From Chloroflexota bacterium (GTDB lineage Bacteria > Chloroflexota > Anaerolineae > Anaerolineales > Anaerolineaceae), in assembly GCA_029561345.1 (NCBI GenBank), contig JAKQJC010000043.1, positions 181,958 through 245,957 of the forward strand: a DNA stretch of 64,000 nt, given 5' to 3'. Of the stretch, positions 19,486 through 29,003 are shown piece by piece. The notes beneath the pieces are model-generated. The model saw only the letters and a program-made list of their open reading frames with translations. It did no database searches and had not been told where the DNA came from. Every line of letters starts with the position of its first letter. Position 1 is the first letter of the stretch. The translations under genes were made by a program, and so were the position numbers.

Positions 19486-22400
19486 TCAGGCTGGCGGCAT
19501 CAGGGCGCGCAGGCGCGCCGCCCGTTCCGCCAGAACCGCTTCGGGCAGATTGGCCGTCTGGATCAGGTCCACCTTGTTGCCCAGCATCAGGTAGCCGCGT
19601 CCCACAGGGTATTCCTGGCGCAGCGCCGCGTTGGAAAGCTTGATGTCGGTGATTCTCACCTCCAGCTCGCCCGGCTGCAGCACAAAGGCCGAGCGGGCGC
19701 GCCGGAAGTAAGCCGTCAGGTCGGCGGTGGTTTCCTGCAGGTCGTTGGAGGTGCCCGCCACCACCAGGAAGGTGCGCGTGTTGATGCCATATTTGGCAAA
19801 GTTGACCAGTTTCACCTGGCGGTCGCGGGGGAAGCGCACGGTGTCAAAATCATCCACCACCACAATTTGCGACGGTCCCAGGCTGGCCGACATGGCGCCG
19901 ATATCCCCGTTGGGGTCGGCCTCGGCCATCTTCTTCAGGCGTTCATAACGCTGCTTGGCCTCGTCTTCAATGGCCGCCAGAGCCGTATCCAGGCGGAACT
20001 CGTTATCCACCAGCATGCGCACATGCGGCAGGTCGGCCAGGCTGTTCAGGCTGCGGTTGCGCAGGCCAATCACCATCATCTGCACCTCGGCCGGGCTGTA
20101 TTTCTCGGCGATGCTCCACAGCCACAGGCGCAGCAGGTTGGTTTTGCCGCTTTGGGCGGGGCCGCAAACCAGAAAATGCGGCTGGCCCAGGCTGGCGTAA
20201 TCAACCGGTTTCCACTGCAGGCGGCGGTCGTCTTTGCCCAGGCTGATGCGCGGCAGTGCGCCAGGGTTCTGCGTCCAGGTTTTGCCGGCGGGCTGCCATT
20301 CGGCCGGCATATCGGCAGACTGGAGGATATTGGGCAGAATTTCAATGCCCGGCACACCGGGTTTGCCCCAGCCGCGCGCCAGTTCCTGGGTGTAGCGCAT
20401 GATCTGGACGGCCATTTCATCTTCAGGCATGGGAATGATGCTGCCGCCATCTGGGGCAATCTGTCCCATGGGCAGGGCGGCCTGAAATTCCAAAATCGGC
20501 TCGGTGGAGCGTTCGCGCACCAGGCCGCGTCCGGGCAGCGGGTCGGGCAGAGAGCCGGTCACGCGCCCCACCAGATCGCTGTAATCGCCCGCTTCGCTCA
20601 AATGCAGAGCCAGCCGCCCCAGGCACAGGTTGCGCAAGCTCATTGGCGTGCTGGTCACCTGGTCGGCCGCCACAATCAGATGCAGGTTCAGGCCCAGGCC
20701 TTCGCGGGCAATGCGGGTGAAGACCAGAATTTCATCCGGAAACAGCGATTTCAGTTCGGCGAAGCCGTCAATGATATAGAGCACATGCGGCAGCTTGCCT
20801 TCCTGGTGGGTGGCGCGCATTTGAATGCGGTAATCAATATCGTCGCTAATCTGGTCGAGGAAACGGCGCAGGTGAATCGGCGTGTTGACGTTGAGGATGT
20901 TGGCCACATGGGGCGCGTCTTTGAACACGGCCAGGCTCTGCCCGCCAAAATCGAGAATGTGAATGTGAAGCTGGTCGGGGGTGGCGTTGGCAATCATGGT
21001 GCGCACAATAGACTGGATGAGGGTGCTGCGGCCGCTGCGCGGCGCGCCCATGATCAGGTAATGCTGGGTTTGCAGGTCCACCCACAGGGGGCGGCGCTCC
21101 TGCTTGTAAGGATCATCCAGCAGGCCCACCGGCACCTTGAGGAAATGATCGCTGCTGAGAGCCGGATCTCCCTTGAAAACCATGCGCCCGGCTTCTGGAG
21201 CCCACTGCCAGGCATTTTCGATGGAAAACTCGCGCCACAGCTCTTCGATGGCCAGCGATTTCGGCAGCGACTCAGGCCACTGCGGCGCCTTGGGCGCCAG
21301 CTGCATCATGCGCTCCACCACCACTTCCAGCTCGGTGCGCCCGCTCACGGCGCGGGATGAGGCATCCTGCCCGCCCGAACGCGATTTGCCCGGGGTGGCG
21401 CCGGCGGCCATGCCGATGGCGCGCACAATTTTGGCCTTGTTAAGGGTGGTGGTGTCCATTGTCTCTGCCGAGCGGTAGGGGTAGGCGGTGTTGGCGGCCT
21501 GGAACAGCTCCAGCCGGTCGGCGCCCACGCGAATATAGCAGCGCCCGGGCAGGTTGGTGGGCAGCAGCGAGGCATCGGGCACGCCGATCATTTCGCGGCT
21601 GTCGCCTGAGGTGGCCACGCGCAGGCAGATGCGGAATTTCAGGTTGGCCCACACCTTGTCTGAAATGACGCCGCCCGGGGTCTGGGTGGCCAGAATCAGG
21701 TGCATGCCCAGGCTGCGGCCGATGGCCGCCAGCGAGTTGATTTCGGTCATGAATTCCGGCATGGCCTTGGCCATTTCGGCAAATTCATCAATCACCACCA
21801 CCAGGCGCGGGAAGGGCGGCAGGTTTTGCTTCTTCATATTCGCGTGGTAGGTGGCAATATCCTTGTAACCCACCTTGGCCAGTTCCTTCTGGCGGCGGCG
21901 GCCTTCAGCCTTCAGAATGGCCAGGGCGCGGTCCACCAGGCGGCCCTGCAGGTTGGTGATGACGCTGATGGTGTGGGGCAGGTCGCGGAAGGCTTCGGCG
22001 GTGGAGCCGCCTTTGAAGTCGATCAGCACCAGGTTGATCTCGGAGGGGGAATGGGTGAGTGCCAGCGAAAGGATGACCGATTGCAGCAGCACCGATTTAC
22101 CGGCGCCGGTGGTGCCGGCCACCAGGCCGTGCGGGCCGTCGCGGTCTTCCAGCAGGTTCAGCCACACCGGCTCGTGGTTCTGCTTCTGGCCGATGAGAAT
22201 GGACCAGGTCTGGTCATCGGGGCGGGTTTGCCAGCGGTTCAGCACGTCAATTTCATCCACGCTCAGCCAGGTCTTGCCTTCACGGGCAAACAGGGCGTCG
22301 ATCAGGCGCACATTGGTCGGGATGTTGGCCACGGTGCGCGTGCTGCGGCTCTGGTGCTTGTAGGTGAGCATGCGCGCCATTTCCATGGCTTCTTCGCGGC

Positions 22401-23640
22401 TGACCATGTCGCCTTTACAGGTGAAAATGACCGGGTTGGCGTCGCAGGTGGCAAACTTGATCGAGTTGGCCATCAGGCCTTCAATGCGCGCCTTGCAGAT
22501 ATCCGGCACATCGCGCCCGCTGCCTTCAATATCAATGATGGTGATGCCCGCGCGCACCGCGTTTTCCATCAGGTAAGAGGCGCTGGTTTCGCGTTTCAAC
22601 ATGTCATACTGGTCAATGATCAGCACGTAATGCGGGGTTTTCACTTCATCGGCGTTTTTGTTTTCGTCTTCCGTCATCATGCGGTGGCGGATCACCCCCA
22701 CCAGGTCGTTGAGCAGCAGTTGGGCGGCGTCAAGGCCGAAGGCCATGCTGCGCCCGGGCAGGTCTGGCTTCAAAGGCCCGGTGTGTTCCGGCCAGGCCAG
22801 CCAGTCCCAGTCGCGGGCGTAATTTTCCTGCGAAATCAGCACAATGTGCAGTTCATGAGGGGCATGGTGGGCGATCATGTGAATGATCATGGCGTAAACC
22901 CGTCCCAGCACCGTCTGGCGGTCGCCGCCCCACATGCCAATGGAAACCACCTCGCGCAGGTTGATGGTCACCGGCACATCGTCCAGCAGGCGGTTGGCTT
23001 CATAAAGCGCCACCGTCTCTTCGTAACGCGGGGCCATAGGATCGATGTTTTCGGGCAGCTCCAGCACCACAGTCGGATTCACCGTGCCCACCCCCAGGCG
23101 CAGGGCTGAAAAATCAGGGTCAGTTGGGCGGCGCTCCCACAGGCGAATATCGTTGGCTTCAATCAGGGTGCGCACTTCATCTATTGAGGGGTCGCGCAGC
23201 TGACGGGTGCGTTTTTCTTCGTTGCGGAAGCGCTTCAACTCATCCATTTTTATCTGGATCAGGGTGGTGAAGCGCTTGTCCTGGTCTTCCTGGGCTTTTT
23301 TTTGGGTGCCGGCCTGGCTCTGATACATGTACAGTGCAGAAAAAATGGACACCCCGGCCATGATGGTGGTCGGCAGCATGGTCCACATGTTGCGGTCCTG
23401 CACAAAGGCGAGCAGGGCAATGATGATCATGGAAAGCAGCATGCCCAGGCCGGGTAGAATCATGGCAATGACGCTGCGCGTGCTGATGGGCTGCGGCACC
23501 GGCGGGGCCGGCAGGACGATTTTTCTTTCGGGCAGGGGATGCTGCAATCGCGGCGGGCGGTTAAACCGGTCATTCTGCACCGGCTGCCCTCCAGGATGAC
23601 TGCCCGGTCGGGCGTTGGGCATGGCTCTGTTATCCACCAT
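19486..23640 (-). CDS. FtsK/SpoIIIE-family triple-ATPase, EccC/EssC-like (type VII secretion-type coupling ATPase)
   Basis: Short N-terminal cytoplasmic region, two TM helices, then three P-loop FtsK domains (GTTGAGKS, GAPRSGRST, GPAQSGKTN). Start moved to the second Met because of the AAGGAG RBS. Confidence 0.85.
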   Translation of the reverse strand: MVDNRAMPNARPGSHPGGQPVQNDRFNRPPRLQHPLPERKIVLPAPPVPQPISTRSVIAMILPGLGMLLSMIIIALLAFVQDRNMWTMLPTTIMAGVSIFSALYMYQSQAGTQKKAQEDQDKRFTTLIQIKMDELKRFRNEEKRTRQLRDPSIDEVRTLIEANDIRLWERRPTDPDFSALRLGVGTVNPTVVLELPENIDPMAPRYEETVALYEANRLLDDVPVTINLREVVSIGMWGGDRQTVLGRVYAMIIHMIAHHAPHELHIVLISQENYARDWDWLAWPEHTGPLKPDLPGRSMAFGLDAAQLLLNDLVGVIRHRMMTEDENKNADEVKTPHYVLIIDQYDMLKRETSASYLMENAVRAGITIIDIEGSGRDVPDICKARIEGLMANSIKFATCDANPVIFTCKGDMVSREEAMEMARMLTYKHQSRSTRTVANIPTNVRLIDALFAREGKTWLSVDEIDVLNRWQTRPDDQTWSILIGQKQNHEPVWLNLLEDRDGPHGLVAGTTGAGKSVLLQSVILSLALTHSPSEINLVLIDFKGGSTAEAFRDLPHTISVITNLQGRLVDRALAILKAEGRRRQKELAKVGYKDIATYHANMKKQNLPPFPRLVVVIDEFAEMAKAMPEFMTEINSLAAIGRSLGMHLILATQTPGGVISDKVWANLKFRICLRVATSGDSREMIGVPDASLLPTNLPGRCYIRVGADRLELFQAANTAYPYRSAETMDTTTLNKAKIVRAIGMAAGATPGKSRSGGQDASSRAVSGRTELEVVVERMMQLAPKAPQWPESLPKSLAIEELWREFSIENAWQWAPEAGRMVFKGDPALSSDHFLKVPVGLLDDPYKQERRPLWVDLQTQHYLIMGAPRSGRSTLIQSIVRTMIANATPDQLHIHILDFGGQSLAVFKDAPHVANILNVNTPIHLRRFLDQISDDIDYRIQMRATHQEGKLPHVLYIIDGFAELKSLFPDEILVFTRIAREGLGLNLHLIVAADQVTSTPMSLRNLCLGRLALHLSEAGDYSDLVGRVTGSLPDPLPGRGLVRERSTEPILEFQAALPMGQIAPDGGSIIPMPEDEMAVQIMRYTQELARGWGKPGVPGIEILPNILQSADMPAEWQPAGKTWTQNPGALPRISLGKDDRRLQWKPVDYASLGQPHFLVCGPAQSGKTNLLRLWLWSIAEKYSPAEVQMMVIGLRNRSLNSLADLPHVRMLVDNEFRLDTALAAIEDEAKQRYERLKKMAEADPNGDIGAMSASLGPSQIVVVDDFDTVRFPRDRQVKLVNFAKYGINTRTFLVVAGTSNDLQETTADLTAYFRRARSAFVLQPGELEVRITDIKLSNAALRQEYPVGRGYLMLGNKVDLIQTANLPEAVLAERAARLRALMPPA

Positions 23641-23929
23641 ATGCTCCTTTCTCAATGAACACCCATAGGAAACAATCCCTTTGATTTTGCGGATGTAAAG
23701 GATGCTTTCATCATAGCATTAGTCCAAAAAATACGCAACCGGCTGGCCGCTGCGCTTGAAACCCGCCTGTTCAATGACGGCGGGCTGGTGTGGATGAAAA
23801 AAAACACTGACCTGAATGAAGATTTGTGACTGCCGGATGAGATTGACGATGCCGATGCGGCCGCACAGCAGGTGCAGAACTGGCTGACTGAAAATCATCA
23901 CGGCTGATGGAAAGGCAGGTTTCCAAAAG

Positions 23930-23974
23930 TCGCCTTCCCCGCTGCTTGTCGCAGCGGGGAAGGCGATTTTATTT
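23930..23974. terminator. bidirectional rho-independent terminator (15-bp stem), serving acnA on the minus strand and the remnant ORF on the plus strand
   Basis: UCGCCUUCCCCGCUG-cuugucg-CAGCGGGGAAGGCGA followed by UUUUAUUU on the plus strand. Confidence 0.7.
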
Positions 23975-26662
23975 GGACAGGCCGAGTAAAATGGTGGCCA
24001 TAATGCCGCCATCCTTGAAATACTGCGCCTCCATGTCTGTGTTAATGCGCATGGTGACGGCAAATTCCACTCGCATGCCATCAGCCCTGGTGGCGGTCAC
24101 CGCCACGCGTTTCCCAGGCTGCAGAGGGGTCAGGTTCTGCAGGGTGTACCTCTCAGTGCCGTCCAGTCCCAATGAGGCCGCGTTTTGACCGGGCAGAAAT
24201 TCCAGAGGCAGCACGCCCATGCCGGCCAGGTTGGCGCGGTGGATGCGCTCAAAAGATTCAGCCAGGATCGCTTTCACACCCAGCAGCAGCGGTCCCTTGG
24301 CCGCCCAATCGCGGGATGAGCCGGTGCCGTATTCCTTACCGGCAATCACCAGCAGGGGAACGCCTTCCATCTGGTATTTTTGCGCCGCTTCAAAAACGCT
24401 CATGTGCTCCCCATCCGGCAGATGGCAGGTAATGCCCCCCTCCACACCGGGCACCAGCAGGTTTTTCAAACGGATATTGGCGAAGGTGCCGCGGGCCATA
24501 ACCTGGTCGTTGCCACGCCGCGCGCCAAATGAATTGAAATTGGCCGCCTGCTCCCCATGCTCCAGCAGGTAGCGGCCGGCAGTCGAATCAACGGGAATAT
24601 CTCCAGCGGGAGAGATGTGGTCTGTGGTGACGGAATCGCCCAGCAGCAGCAGCACCCGCGCGTTTTCAATATCAGCCGGCACAGCAGATTTTCCTGGCGA
24701 TTCAAAGAATGGCGGCGCCTGCAAATAGGTGGAGGCGTCATTCCACGGGTAGATTTTTCCGCTGTCTGGTTGAATCTGATTCCAGGCGGGGCTGCCCTGA
24801 AGAACATTGGCATAGCCGGCAATGAATAATTCTGGCTGAATCAATTCATGCAGGAGGTGCTGGATTTCCGCGGCAGAAGGCCAGATATCCTTCAGAAAAA
24901 CGGCATTTCCAGCGCCATCCATCCCCAAAGGTTCGCGCTCAAGCTGGATGTTCATTGTCCCTGCCAGGGCATAGGCTACCACCAGGGGCGGCGAGGCCAG
25001 GTAGTTTATCTGGGTATATGGACTGACCCGGCCTTCAAAATTGCGGTTGCCTGAAAGGATGGCGGCGGCCAGAATTTTCTCTTTTTCCACCACATCCACC
25101 ACTGCCCGGGGCAGCGGGCCTGAGTTGCCAATGCAGGTGGCGCAGCCATAACCGGCAACATGAAAACCCAGCGTTTCCAAACTGGCCAGCAGCCCGCTGC
25201 GGGCAAGGTAATCGGAGACCACGCGCGAACCCGGCGTCAGACTGGTTTTGACATAAGCCGGCACACGCAGTCCGCGGCGCACGGCATTGCGTGCCAACAA
25301 ACCGGCGGCCAGCATGACCGTGGGGTTGGAGGTGTTGGTGCAAGAGGTGATGGCTGCTAATGCCAGGAATCCATGCCCAACCAGGCTGGTTTGTCCGTGG
25401 ATGTCCAGCCGGGCCGTACGGGTAAGATCAGCCGGGGCAAGACCGTATCCGCGCTCGTTTTTTGCCCTGGTCAGAGCTGCCCGGAGATTGCTTTGTGCAT
25501 GGCTGAGCGAGACCCGATCTTGCGGACGTTTGGGGCCGGCCAGGCTGGGCTCGATGGTTGAAAGATCCAGGGTCAACAGGTCGCTGAAAACCGGTTCTGG
25601 TGTTTCATCTGTACGGAAAAGATGCTGGGTGCGGTAATACCCTTCAACCAGAGCGATGTGGCTGGCCGGTTTGCCGGTCAGGCGCAGGTATTCCAGCGTC
25701 TGCCGGTCTACAGGAAAGTAGATCATGGTTGCCCCGCATTCGGGGGTCATGTTGGCGATCATGGCGCGGTCAGCCAGAGAGAGATGATCGAGACCGGGCC
25801 CGCAGACCTCCACAAACTTATCCACCACCCCCTTTTTACGCAATAATTCAATGATGGTCAGGGTCAGATCGGTGGGGGTGGCGCCTTCGGGGAGGGTCCC
25901 GCTCAATTTGAGGCCAATAACGTCTGGCGTCAGCATTTCCAACGGCTGACCCATCATGGCCGCCACGGCTTCAATCCCGCCGACGCCCCAGCCGGCCACT
26001 CCCAGACTGTTGATCATGGTGGTATGTGAATCCGTGCCGATCAGCGTTTCGGGAAACAGACAAACCTCCCCATTTTCCTCACGGCTGAGAAGGGCCCGGG
26101 CCAGGTATTCCAGGTTGACCTGATGGATGATGCCGGTGGCAGGAGGAACCACGCGAAAATTGGTAAAGGCCTGTTCGCACCAACGTAAAAATGCATAGCG
26201 TTCCTGGTTGCGCTGGAATTCCAATTCTGTGTTGCGCTTGAGAGCGCCGGGATGGCCGTATTCATTCACCATGATGGAGTGATCGATGACCAGGTCTACC
26301 CAAATGGCCGGGTTGACCGTCCCCGGATCGCCGCCGCGAGCCAGCAGGGCGCTGCGCATGGCCGCCAGGTCGTTCATCACGGGCACGCCGGTAAAATCCT
26401 GCAGCACCACCCGCCCTGGAAAAAAGGGAATCACCTGCCGGCTGGTTTCCTGCGGCTGCCAGGTGGCCAGGCGGCGGGCAATATCGCCGGCCTGCGCATC
26501 AGGCATGCTGCGCAGCACCCCTTCCAGCAGCACGCGAATGGAGAAAGGCAGCCTTTCCCAATAACGCTCAGGCAGACCGGGGATCTGATCCAGTTGATAC
26601 AGGGTGAAAATCTGACCATTTCTTTCAAACTTTCGTTTGGCGGTTTCCATTCCTTTTTGCAT
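23969..26662 (-). CDS. acnA: aconitate hydratase A
   Basis: About 900-aa aconitase with conserved Fe-S cluster ligand regions and a swivel domain. Start taken at MQKGMET with a GGAGG RBS. Confidence 0.92.
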   Translation of the reverse strand: MQKGMETAKRKFERNGQIFTLYQLDQIPGLPERYWERLPFSIRVLLEGVLRSMPDAQAGDIARRLATWQPQETSRQVIPFFPGRVVLQDFTGVPVMNDLAAMRSALLARGGDPGTVNPAIWVDLVIDHSIMVNEYGHPGALKRNTELEFQRNQERYAFLRWCEQAFTNFRVVPPATGIIHQVNLEYLARALLSREENGEVCLFPETLIGTDSHTTMINSLGVAGWGVGGIEAVAAMMGQPLEMLTPDVIGLKLSGTLPEGATPTDLTLTIIELLRKKGVVDKFVEVCGPGLDHLSLADRAMIANMTPECGATMIYFPVDRQTLEYLRLTGKPASHIALVEGYYRTQHLFRTDETPEPVFSDLLTLDLSTIEPSLAGPKRPQDRVSLSHAQSNLRAALTRAKNERGYGLAPADLTRTARLDIHGQTSLVGHGFLALAAITSCTNTSNPTVMLAAGLLARNAVRRGLRVPAYVKTSLTPGSRVVSDYLARSGLLASLETLGFHVAGYGCATCIGNSGPLPRAVVDVVEKEKILAAAILSGNRNFEGRVSPYTQINYLASPPLVVAYALAGTMNIQLEREPLGMDGAGNAVFLKDIWPSAAEIQHLLHELIQPELFIAGYANVLQGSPAWNQIQPDSGKIYPWNDASTYLQAPPFFESPGKSAVPADIENARVLLLLGDSVTTDHISPAGDIPVDSTAGRYLLEHGEQAANFNSFGARRGNDQVMARGTFANIRLKNLLVPGVEGGITCHLPDGEHMSVFEAAQKYQMEGVPLLVIAGKEYGTGSSRDWAAKGPLLLGVKAILAESFERIHRANLAGMGVLPLEFLPGQNAASLGLDGTERYTLQNLTPLQPGKRVAVTATRADGMRVEFAVTMRINTDMEAQYFKDGGIMATILLGLSK

Positions 26663-26678
26663 GATATTCCTCCGAAAA

Positions 26679-28001
26679 TTACGACATGGCCGCGCAAACG
26701 GCCTGCCCAAATTCGTGCGTGCCCAGCGGATGGGCGTCAGATCGGTCCAGAGCCAGGTCGGCCGTCACCCTGCCGGTTTTGATGACAGCAGCCAGGGCGT
26801 TGATCAAAATATCAGCGGCTTGCGTCCAGCCCATATAGCGCAGCATCATCTCGCCTGAAAGGATCAGAGAGGATGGGTTGGCCAGGTTTTTGCCGGCCAT
26901 GCCGGGCGCGGTGCCGTGGGTGGCTTCAAACACCGCCATCCCCGTGTTGTAGTTGATGTTGGCGCCTGGCGCAATGCCAATGCCGCCAATTTGGGCGGCC
27001 AGGGCATCGGAGAGATAATCGCCATTGAGGTTGGTGGTGGCAATGACGCTGAAGGCTTCGGGATTCAATAACACTTTTTGAAAAGCGGCATCGGTGATGA
27101 CATCATTAACAATGATTTTTCCGGCAGCGCGGGCTTCCTGTTCAGCCTGAGCAGCCGCTTCCTCGCCGGCAGACCGGCGCAGGGCTTCACTCTGGCGGCT
27201 GGTGAAGGCGCAATCAGAAAATTCGCGTTCCACCAGGTCATAACCCCAGCTGCGAAAAGCGCCCTCGGTGAATTTCATGATATTGCCTTTGTGCACCAGG
27301 GTTACGAAGGGTTTATGGTGTGCGACGGCATACTGCATGGCGGCGCGCACCAGACGTTCGCTGCCAGCCCGCGAGACTGGTTTTAAGCTCAGTCCCAGAT
27401 CATCCGTGAACCGCAGCCGGGCGGCCATTTGGGGAAAATGTGCTGAAAACAGCTCCAAAAACTGCGCGGACTCGGGTGAATTGGCGGCAAATTCGATGCC
27501 GGCATAAAGATCTTCCGTATTTTCGCGAAAGAGAGTGATATCCACTTTCTGAGGCTCGCGCACCGGCGCGATGATCCCTTCAAAATAACGCACCGGCCGC
27601 AGGCAGACATATAAATCAAGGTCTTTGCGCAGAGCCACATTCAATGAGCGAATGCCGCCGCCAACCGGAGTGGTGAGAGGGCCTTTGATGCCAATCCTAT
27701 AGGTTTTGAAGGCTTCGAGGGTGGTGGAGGGCAGCCATTCACCGCACTGGCTGAAGGCAGCCTCACCGGCCTGCACCTGAAGCCATTGAATGGCGCGTTC
27801 ACCGCCATAGGCCCGCGCCACGGCCTGGTCCATCACTGACCGGGCGGCCGCCCATATTTCAGGGCCAATGCCGTCGCCGGGGATATAAGGGATGAAAGGT
27901 CTGGCTGGGATGGACAGTCGCCCGTCCTGGGTCTGGATGATGGTGTGGGTGGGGTCAGATGGATTCATATTCACCTCATGTAGATCGGTCTTTTCTGGCA
28001 T
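26679..28001 (-). CDS. icd: isocitrate dehydrogenase (NADP-dependent, prokaryotic type)
   Basis: PYIPGDGIGPEIW, GPLTTPVGGGIRSLNVALR and NLNGDYLSDALAAQIGGIGIAPGANI motifs. The start may instead be the second Met, 33 nt downstream. Confidence 0.9.
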   Translation of the reverse strand: MPEKTDLHEVNMNPSDPTHTIIQTQDGRLSIPARPFIPYIPGDGIGPEIWAAARSVMDQAVARAYGGERAIQWLQVQAGEAAFSQCGEWLPSTTLEAFKTYRIGIKGPLTTPVGGGIRSLNVALRKDLDLYVCLRPVRYFEGIIAPVREPQKVDITLFRENTEDLYAGIEFAANSPESAQFLELFSAHFPQMAARLRFTDDLGLSLKPVSRAGSERLVRAAMQYAVAHHKPFVTLVHKGNIMKFTEGAFRSWGYDLVEREFSDCAFTSRQSEALRRSAGEEAAAQAEQEARAAGKIIVNDVITDAAFQKVLLNPEAFSVIATTNLNGDYLSDALAAQIGGIGIAPGANINYNTGMAVFEATHGTAPGMAGKNLANPSSLILSGEMMLRYMGWTQAADILINALAAVIKTGRVTADLALDRSDAHPLGTHEFGQAVCAAMS

Positions 28002-28011
28002 TTCCAGAAAA
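27991..28011. promoter_or_regulatory. inverted repeat TTTTCTGG-N5-CCAGAAAA in the divergent icd/iclR region; candidate IclR operator
   Basis: An 8-bp perfect inverted repeat with a 5-nt spacer between divergently transcribed icd and the IclR-family gene. It overlaps the first icd start codon. Confidence 0.4.
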
Positions 28012-28019
28012 ATTCCCTA

Positions 28020-28048
28020 TTGACAGGGGCAGCAAAAGTCTCTATACT
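28020..28048 (+). promoter_or_regulatory. promoter of the IclR-family gene (TTGACA-17 nt-TATACT)
   Basis: Consensus -35 and a near-consensus -10, about 50 nt upstream of the ATG at 28098. Confidence 0.5.
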
Positions 28049-28097
28049 CTATTTATTATACCGTTTATCGGAACGCTGTACCACAGAGTGGAACAAA

Positions 28098-28901
28098 ATG
28101 CAGGCTGAAAAGATACAAACACTGGAAAGGGCAATCCAAATCCTCGACTGCTACACCATCGATCAATTTGAGATGGGTGTGCGCGAGGTGGCCCGGCTGA
28201 CCGGTCTTTCGGCCAGTGTTTGCAGCCGCCTGATGGCCGCCATGAAAGATGCGGGGCTGCTGACCCAAAACCCCACCACCCGGGCTTATGCCATGGGGCC
28301 GCGGGCCTTGCGGTGGGCTGAAATCTACTCGGCCAACCTCGATATCCGGAATGTGGCCCTGCCGGTGATTAACGAGCTGCTGCTTGAAACGCAGGAAACC
28401 ATTTCCCTTTATATTCTGGATAACGATGAGCGGTTATGTGTGGAGCGCATGGAAAGCGCACAAAATGTCCGCATTGTTGCGCGGATTGGGCGGCGTCTGC
28501 CGCTTTATGCTGGCTCAGGAGGAAAAGTCCTGCTGGCTTACCTGCCTCAGCACCGCCAGGAAGAAATCATTCGCAAAACCGATTTCAAGCCTTTCACCTC
28601 CAGCACCATCATCGATCCTGAACAACTGCGCAAAGAATTGCGCCAGATTCGCATGCAGGGTTATGCCTTCAGCAATGGCGAATGGGTGGCAGATGCCGCC
28701 GGCGTGGCCGCCCCCATTTTCGACCACAAGGGTGATGTTATTGCTGCCCTGACCATTTCAGGTCCTGGCACCCGTTTTACCCCTGAAATCATCCGTCGTC
28801 ATGTTGCCGCCATTCTGCAGGCTGTCGAACGCATTTCCCGCGATTTAGGTTACATCGGTAACGCCTACAACCAGCCTCAGCAGAATAACCCTCGTTACTG
28901 A
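28098..28901 (+). CDS. IclR-family transcriptional regulator
   Basis: N-terminal wHTH (LERAIQILDCY...VREVARLTGLSASVCSRLM) and a C-terminal IclR effector domain. Confidence 0.88.
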   Translation: MQAEKIQTLERAIQILDCYTIDQFEMGVREVARLTGLSASVCSRLMAAMKDAGLLTQNPTTRAYAMGPRALRWAEIYSANLDIRNVALPVINELLLETQETISLYILDNDERLCVERMESAQNVRIVARIGRRLPLYAGSGGKVLLAYLPQHRQEEIIRKTDFKPFTSSTIIDPEQLRKELRQIRMQGYAFSNGEWVADAAGVAAPIFDHKGDVIAALTISGPGTRFTPEIIRRHVAAILQAVERISRDLGYIGNAYNQPQQNNPRY

Positions 28902-29003
28902 ACGGGGTTGGGTGCTATTCCAGGTATCCAGGCCCCATTCCAGTAATGGGGCTTTTTCTTTTTTCAGGCCATTGTCATCCTTTGGTAAGGAGGAACACAG
29001 ATT

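Noticed and set aside
23719-24081. 120-aa ORF on the minus strand overlapping the acnA 3' end
   Set aside because: It overlaps the well-supported acnA coding region in another frame, and no WXG100-like or other signature was found.
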